A stretch of 17,484 bases of DNA from Geosiphon pyriformis uo1 (Eukaryota > Fungi > Glomeromycota). The stretch lies in contig JAAOMT010000722.1 of the NCBI GenBank assembly GCA_016748015.1, positions 37,342 to 54,825 on the forward strand. Direction: 5' to 3'. This document shows positions 10,409 through 17,484 of this stretch, piece after piece (position 1 is the first letter of the stretch; every line of letters begins with the position of its first letter). Made by a program: the position numbers and the translations under genes. A model generated the notes under the pieces. The model was not told the origin of the DNA. It did not search any database and was given only the letters and a program-made list of their open reading frames with translations.

Positions 10409-11249
10409 CTCTCTTACATCTAAAATTCACAAAAAAAGTACATTTATTGAAAAGAAGTTTTAATTATTTAATATAATAGATTTAAACTATTTCTGCTTAA
10501 TTATGAAACTACTATTGGCTTTAATATTATTATCATAAAAAAGTTTATTAAAAATTCTGGCTCCAGTGCTAATGTTAAACCTATTATATTAAGAAAAAAA
10601 AGAAAAGTGGTGTTTTAAAAGATGGTATTAGCAACAAAAAAATTTTTGCTAAGAGATTGAATAATTGTTCTTAGAGTTCAGAGATTAATGACTTTACTAA
10701 ATCTAATAATATTAACATGAAAGCAAAGTGTCTGGTTAAGAAAACCAGTATTAAATATGATAAAAGTGATGCTTTTGCTGAGATGAATTTTGATCAAACA
10801 CCAAAAGATTTATAGATAAAAACCAAAAAAACATTAAAAAAGCCATTGAAAAAATTTAATTTCTTAAATAATAATAATAATAAAATTTTTTTGGATGTTC
10901 TTCCAATGCTTTTTTCCTTAAGAATTTGGTCAATGTTTTTGTCAGAAAGTCTTTTATTTTAAATATCAGATTAGACAAAATTACTGGAAAAACATCTCAA
11001 AAAAAGTATATGATAGTTAAAAAACTGTTTTCTGAAATTAATGGTTTTAGAAAGACATTTATCTCATCAAAATTTGCTGGAATTATCAAAACAATATTTA
11101 TTTTTGAATCAAGTTTAAAGCAAACTACTAATAAGACCAAAAATGCAAAGATTTTGGTAAACACTAATCTTAAAAAATCTACTGGACATTTAGATTAGAC
11201 TGTAGTGTTAAAAGAGATTCTAATTGGTATATTAGTTAAGATTATATAC
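10409..11249 (+). mobile_element. 5' part of a LINE (5' UTR plus degraded ORF1 from ~10503), cut off by an LTR
   Basis: Interrupted frame M..TIGFNIIIIKK...RKKRK..GVLKDG...KCLVKKTS...DQTPKDL*IKTKK...VNVFVRKSFILNIRLDKITGKTSQKK...VNTNLKKSTGHLD*TVVLKEILIG, which includes track ORF 10926-11198. Several stops and frameshifts. Family assignment is from recollection of Geosiphon-type LINE ORF1 proteins. Confidence 0.65.
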
Positions 11250-12117
11250 TGTTACTTATAAAAATTAGGAATTATAATAATAGATAAAATAGCCAATCAA
11301 AAATAGGTATAGTAAAAGAAAAAATTTCAGGATTCCTTTCAAAAAATTTCAGGATTCCAGAATTTCAAAATTCCTTTTAAAAAATTATAGAGTTAAAAAA
11401 ATTGAAAAATTTCAAGGAATCTTATATAACATAAATTATGTATATATAGCAAAAATATTAAAAACAAAAAAAGTAATTTTAGAAGAATTTAATAGAATAA
11501 ATAAAATTCAATTCAGTTCAAAATAACAATATTTCTCTTTTCAAAAAATAGTTTTTTATAACTTAAAATAAAATTATTCTCATATTAATAAAATCATCTA
11601 TTATTATCAAATCCATATTATTATTACTTGATTAAAGAAATATTAATTCATTTTACTTTATTAACATTCTATGTTAATAAAATCTAATACTTAATTATAC
11701 TGAACCAATAGCTTTTGATCACAATTATTGATAAAATATTAATTTTTTATTTTTTATTTTATTTTATTTTATTTTATTTTATTTTGTTTTATTTCTTTGT
11801 TGTTTACTAATTAATTAAAAAGATTAAGCACTGAGTATTTAATGTCAAAAATAGCCTGGTAAAAAACTTAGAAACAAGAATAAAAAACTTAAAGATAGTT
11901 TATTAGAAGAGTACAACTGTCAAAATAAACTGGCCATTATACTAAAGAAAAAAATTTACAGAAAAAACCATCAATTAAATCTTTATTTATTATACAAAAA
12001 ACTTAACAAAAACCTTCAGACTTCAAAATCTTCAGAAATTACCAACATTTCTAGCTATTGAGCACCAAATTACAGATTTTTTATTTGTTTTAACACCTCA
12101 AATAATCACCTGTAATA
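11250..12117 (+). mobile_element. Solo LTR (~868 bp), probably Ty3/Gypsy
   Basis: Ends are TGTTAC...TGTAATA (decayed TGTAACA). Homologous end to end with the reverse complement of 13064-13939. CCAAT at 11293, TATA-like at 11441, (ATTTT)n at 11745-11790. No polypurine tract before it and no primer-binding site after it. Confidence 0.75.
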
Positions 12118-13063
12118 ATGCATATGTTATTGGTACAAGTTATTATTATTGTAGTTGTTGAGGTTGTTGTTGAAATTGTTGTTGTTATGCAGCAATTAGT
12201 GCAACTGGTAAATTGATTACAATAATTAAAGGTAAGTTTTGCTAAAGAATAGAAGTGAATTTGAATTATTTAGGTTTTGTAAAGTTTAAACTTCTGGATT
12301 ATTTGGAATTGGATTTTAATTATTATTTCTCTAATTGCTGTTTTTTTTCTTCTGATTGAGTGTTTTTCTAATAACTAATAAATCCGAAATTTGGTTGAAA
12401 TAGTGATAATCAAAGTTCTGATAGTATTATTAATTGCAATTTAAATTCTTTAAAGAAATTGCCATAAATTCTTAATAATTTGGTTTTTTTTGTTTATTTT
12501 AAAATAGTACTTATGCTAATAGTGTTTTTATTGTAAATATGACTATTAATGTTATCTAAATAGTGTTTTCAAATGTGTGATAACATAATAAGTTAATAGG
12601 CAAAACAACTTTTGGTTTCTTCCAAATAAACACTTGTATTTTTATTAAGATTTTTACTAAAATTTGTAACTTCTTTTTTTTTTTGTTAGTAAAGATAATA
12701 AAAAATCTCTGTTTAATGTAGTTTTTAATCTTGTAATTGATTTTTGTAATTATTGAAACAAAACTATAATTTTATGAAAGATTAATGTATTGTAATAGCT
12801 CACTGTAAAAATTTTTAATAATGGTTTTTGGATTTTTTTGGTCTCTTAAATAGTGTATAATTTTTTTATTAACATAAAAGTTAAAGACTGATTTTGCTAA
12901 CCAATAATTATTTGTTAATTCAAAATAAGTTTAATAATATTAAAATAAGAATTTTACAAATCTTAAGTGATTTTTTTTAAGATTTTTTGGTTTGTTACTT
13001 TTCCAGATAATTGATAATAATGCTTTGTTTTTTGCTAGATTATACTTTATAAAAAACACTAAA
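12118..13063 (-). pseudogene. Degraded 5' internal region / gag N-terminus of the LTR retrotransposon
   Basis: Ghost frame ...NNYWLAKSVFNFYVNKKIIHYL...NFYSELLQYINL...IITKIN...IWKKPKVV...QQQFQQQPQQLQ***LVPITYA, truncated at the left LTR. TAA stops sit in CAA (Gln) runs. TTTAGTGTTTTTTAT next to the LTR fits a decayed TGG-type primer-binding site (weak). Confidence 0.6.
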
Positions 13064-13939
13064 TGTTATAGATGATTATTTGAGATGTTAAAATAAATAA
13101 CAAATCTATAATTTAGTGCTTAATATCTGCTGGTTCTGTTGATTTTTGAAGATTTTTGTGATCTAAAAGATTTAGCTAAGTTTTTTGTATAATAAACAGA
13201 AAGTTAGTAATAGTTTTTTTCCAATTTCTGTTTTTAACATAGTGGCTGGTTTAATCTAGCAATTATGTTCTTCTGATAAGCTATTTTTTTTTCCAAGTTT
13301 ATTACTCTTGTTTTATGAGTTTTTTACCAAACTATTTTTAATGTTAATATTTCAATACTTAATTATTTAATCAATTAGTAAACAACAAAAAAATAAAACA
13401 AAATAAAAAAAAATAAAAAATAAAAAATTAGTATTCTGTTAATAGTCATAATTAAAAACTATTATTCTAATATGATTAAGTAATAGATATTATCAGCATA
13501 AGTTGCTAATTAAATTGGGAAATAACAATATTAATCTAATAATATAAATAATATAAATTAGATAATAAATAATAATTTTATTTAATATTTAAATAATTTT
13601 ATTTTAAGATATAAAAAACTAACTTTTAAAGAAAGAAATATTTAATTACTTGTTAATTAAAACTTGTTTGAATTTAATTAACTATTTTTTTGTTTCTAAT
13701 ACTACTGCTATATATAAATTTTTCTTATTATATAAAATTTCTTAAATTTCTTTAATTTTTTAAAAAAATTCTAAAATTCTAAAATTTTGCAATTCTATAA
13801 TTCTTTGAGAAAATTCCTGAAATTCTAGAATTTTGGAATTCTAAAATTCCTTAAAAAAATCTTAATTTTTTTTTATTATGCTAATTTCTTATTGGTTATT
13901 TTTCTACTTATTATAATTTCTATTTTTTTATAAGTAATA
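13064..13939 (-). mobile_element. 5' LTR (~876 bp) of a truncated minus-strand LTR retrotransposon
   Basis: Plus-strand ends are TGTTATAG...TAAGTAATA, i.e. decayed TG...CA with TGTTAC/GTAACA inverted ends. Followed on the minus strand by a decayed primer-binding-site-like sequence and a gag-like frame. Confidence 0.75.
13767..13850. repeat. Degenerate 8-9-bp tandem repeat (AATTCYRR-like) in the LTR U3 region; counterpart at 11322-11374
   Basis: aattctaa aattctaa aattttgc aattctat ... aattcctga aattctag aattttgg aattctaa aattcc. Confidence 0.65.
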
Positions 13940-14449
13940 ACACCAATAAAAACTAAAACTTAAAATAATTAATCTTATTTTAAAAGCCATATAAAAACAA
14001 ATTCACAACAAATTTAAGAGAACAACTAAATCAACAAATGTTTACTACAAACTCAAAACAGCTTTTAGATTCTATAATCTATTCAACATTTGTAAAAACA
14101 TCTTATAAAATCCAATACTTCAACCAATGAAGATTCAATATATTGGCAAGTTTACAAAACTAAAATTTTAACAATTTTCAAACCAATTAATTCAATAATC
14201 TTGGATTATTATTTAAATATTATGAATAGTATTTGGATTTTAACTGAGTTCAGTTTTAAGAAGAAGATTATATTATTAGTAAAATTTTAGTTATTAATTA
14301 ACATAAAATTACTTTTATAATTTCTACTATTAATTAGCATATATTAGTATTATTTTAATTATTACTTATTATTTAATTAAATCCTCAAATATTAATAATC
14401 TAATTTGTATAATATGTAATTATAATAATTAGATTATACAATACTTTAA

Positions 14450-15300
14450 ACTTTATAATATTCAAAAATTTACCAAAATTTCTTAATAGTTTACTAAAAT
14501 TATTCATAGTTCATAAAAACAGCTTGTAATTTATTAAAATATATTTTTAGTTATCAAAATCATATTAAAAAAAGTTCAAGTTTATATACTAATATTATAA
14601 CAAATTGTATAAAAAAAAAGCTTCTTTCTTTAAGAAAATATATCTTATCTTACTTAAAATTATTTTATCTTAAAATATTTTACTTTTATTAATCAATAAA
14701 ACAATACTTTAGAACAATAAATTTATTAATTAATTGTATTTAAGATTTTTCAAAATTCAATTAATGTTTTAAAATTAATTAGCTACTAATTTTAATAATT
14801 TGTTAGTAACTTTAAACCTAAACAAAAAATAATTTACTTAAACAAATTTTTTTTTTATATTTTTTATATTTTTTTATTAAAAACATTAAGATAGCTTACA
14901 AATAAAATTCTTGTAGAAGAATTAATTTTTATAGCAAAATAACTACACATTTTTAGTAAACTTCCAAATGAACAATTCCTGGAAAAAAGTTAACTTTTAT
15001 TACAAAATAATTATACAAATAACTAACATAAAATTAGTCATTCTATTTATATTAACAATTCAAATTATAGAAGATAATTTGAAAATAAATTCAGTTATTG
15101 GAGATTTAGCTTCTAATAATTTAGAATTAATAGCAAAGCAACAACAATAATATTCAAGAAAAAAACCAAAAATTTTTAGTAAAATAATAATAATTTAAGT
15201 ACTATTAAAACATATTTTTTAAATAAAAAAACATACAACTATATGATTACTTTGTAACAAATATATGATTTTAAAGTTAAAAATAATATTAAAAAAACTA
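14450..15300 (-). mobile_element. Possible third decayed ORF1-like fossil
   Basis: Minus-strand ghost peptides LEYYCCCFAI (~15155-15130), KTLIEF (~14770), LKKEAFF (~14630) and FYEL* (~14510) occur in the same order as motifs in the 8290-9040 and 4745-5172 remnants. Confidence 0.3.
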
Positions 15301-16283
15301 GATTGTTTTTAAGTAAGTTTATTTTAATTTTAAAAATTTAAATAGTATTTATTTCCAGCTTTTTTTAATTTAGTTTAAATTAACTTAGATAATTGATTAC
15401 ATATAAAAAACACATTATTAATATTTAATTTAAGTTATTAATTTGGCATATTATATTAAATAGTTTTTAAACACATTTTATTAAAACATTAATAAAAAAA
15501 CAACAATAATTATAAATAATATTAAAAATATTTTAATTGTTTTGATTATATATACAATGATTATATTAATAAATTTTTAATAAATTTTAATTTGTTTGTT
15601 ATGTATAAAGTTTATAATAGCTTAAATTAAAGTAAATTTTTTTTTTTTTGGTAAAAAAATTTTTATGACTTTTTTGGTATAAAATAAAAAAGTATGAATT
15701 TTTTTTGTTAATTCTAAATTTGTGACAAAAATTTATAAAATTGAATTTAATATGAATTTTACTTTGTTTTTGGCTGTTGATGTTTTTATTAATAACATAA
15801 TCTAAATTAATAATAATTATATAACTATACAAAATATTTTGAATATTATTAATGAGATTTTTAAGATTAATAATATAGTAGTTAATTCAAATAAGACTAT
15901 AGTAATATTAATTGATATTAAAATTTAGAATATTTTATTAAATATAAGTAATTTTTTAATTTTTATTGCTAAAACTAATAAATTTTATTAATATTTAAAT
16001 ATTTATTTATTGAATAAAAATTTTTTCAATTTCAGTTTAAAAAAAACAGACTTAATTATATAGTTTTTTCTTTAATATTTTTGTATTTGGTTTTAATTGT
16101 TTTATAATTAATTATTAATTATAAATCTCAATTTAGCTTTATTAATAAAAATATTTATAAAAAATAAAATTGTCTAATTAAAAAGAGTTTAAAATTAAAA
16201 ACTAATTTGTTTTAGGATTTTTTAAGTAAAATTATTTATTACTTATTCTTTTATTTTTTGAAATTTTTTAATTAAATAAAAAA

Positions 16284-17484
16284 GAAAATAATATTGATTA
16301 TAAACTTTATTAATACTAATAAGATCTTTAACAAACTTTTTAAACATAAATTATTAGAATTATAAGTTTTAAGTTGGATTTTTCAAAACCACTTTAGTTT
16401 TTGGTTAAGTTAAAAATTAATTTTCTGACCAATTTTTTGGTTAATATTACCAGAATTTTTTTATACAATAAAGTTTTTTTAATAATTTATATGTTCAATA
16501 TATTTTGTTTTAAATATAATATTTTTGTCTTAAAAGTTTTGAGTTATTTTAAGTATTTTAAAATAGTTAAGTTTTTTTAAATATTTTAGCATAGTTTTTG
16601 TTAATTAATTTTTAAATAATTATAATAAGTGTTTTAATTAAAAAAAAATTGTTATTAAAAGCAATTGAATTTTAAGAGCTTTGTTTTTTTTTGGTTTTTA
16701 TTAATTTAGACTTTATTATTGTCAATAATTTGGTTAAAAATTATTTACAATTTTTTTAACTGTTATTTAAAATAAGTATATTAGATATAAATAATTTAAA
16801 TATTGTTTGTTTTAATTTAAAAAACTTATGTTTGCTTAAGATTACAATTTTTACAAATAACTTAGTTAAAAATTTTGGTTTATTTAATATTATTAATAAT
16901 ATAACAGCTTATTTTTTTAATTTAAATATAGATATAAATATAAAAGTCTATAATTTACTATTTTTTATCTTAATTAAATTGTAAGTTATAGTATTAACTC
17001 TTAAGTATATTTTAATATTTATAGAGTTATAATTTGTTTAGATAATCAAACAGTTTTAAATACTTGTTAAGCAAAATTAAATTTAATTATGTTAATTTTT
17101 ACAAAAGTTGTTAAGTAAAACACTATTATATAGTTAATATGATTAATAATAAAATATTTTATAAAAAATAATTAAAGATAAAAAAATATTTTGGTATTTT
17201 TAATAATAAATAAACTAATAAATTAATAATCTAATCTATTTTTTTAGTTTAATACTACTGTTTAATATTAAAAAAAGTTTTTGGTTGTAAATAGCAATAT
17301 TGTTTTTAGTAATATATATTACTTTAATTAATAAATAATAAAGTTTAATGTATTTCATAAAAAATTTATTTTAATTTTAATATTTTAAATTATTTATATA
17401 TTAATAATATTAATTAATATTTTGTTATTTTGGTTTAATACTTTGATTTATACATAATTATTAAGTATATTAGCAAAAATACAA
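16284..17484 (-). repeat. Inverted segmental duplication 2, right arm (continues past window end)
   Basis: Example: ttaatattaccagaatttttt at 16441 is the reverse complement of aaaaaattctggtaatattaa at ~4566. The match runs to the last base of the window. Confidence 0.93.

Noticed and set aside
13767-13850. CRISPR-like array
   Set aside because: 8-9-bp degenerate units without spacers, in a eukaryotic LTR.
11250-13939. Mutator/foldback DNA transposon with long TIRs
   Set aside because: No transposase trace and no long TSD; the arms are diverged with indels, each has LTR-type ends, and the interior is gag-like.
14968-15832. ORFs 14968-15150 and 15599-15832
   Set aside because: Short, I/N/K/F-biased frames typical of AT-rich decayed repeats; no recognisable motifs.

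Overview
Eukaryotic, intron-containing and extremely AT-rich window. The kinase family and repeat style point to a Glomeromycotina (arbuscular-mycorrhizal-type) fungus; the repeat-encoded peptides remind me of multicopy Geosiphon pyriformis hypothetical proteins (from memory, not searched). The only real genes are two divergently oriented paralogues of a tyrosine-kinase-like (TKL) kinase with an N-terminal Cys/His domain. Copy A is on the minus strand (1225 to beyond base 1, open frame). Copy B is on the plus strand (6401-7911, three exons, one +1 frameshift). They lie in an inverted duplication (1-1902 vs 5320-7592). A second inverted duplication (3426-4744 vs 16284-17484) suggests a larger repeat unit and possibly a third kinase just right of the window. 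Non-coding DNA and the C-lobe of the two kinases are nearly identical, while the Cys domain, alphaC-beta4 loop, one face of helix alphaE, beta7-beta8 loop and activation loop are hypervariable, as expected for a diversifying recognition/immune-like kinase array. The rest is decayed retroelements: A-tailed non-LTR fragments that may be ORF1-only, LINE ORF1 fossils, and two inverted ~870-bp LTRs around a gag remnant, all eroded by C>T/G>A mutation. All counts are by-eye estimates.
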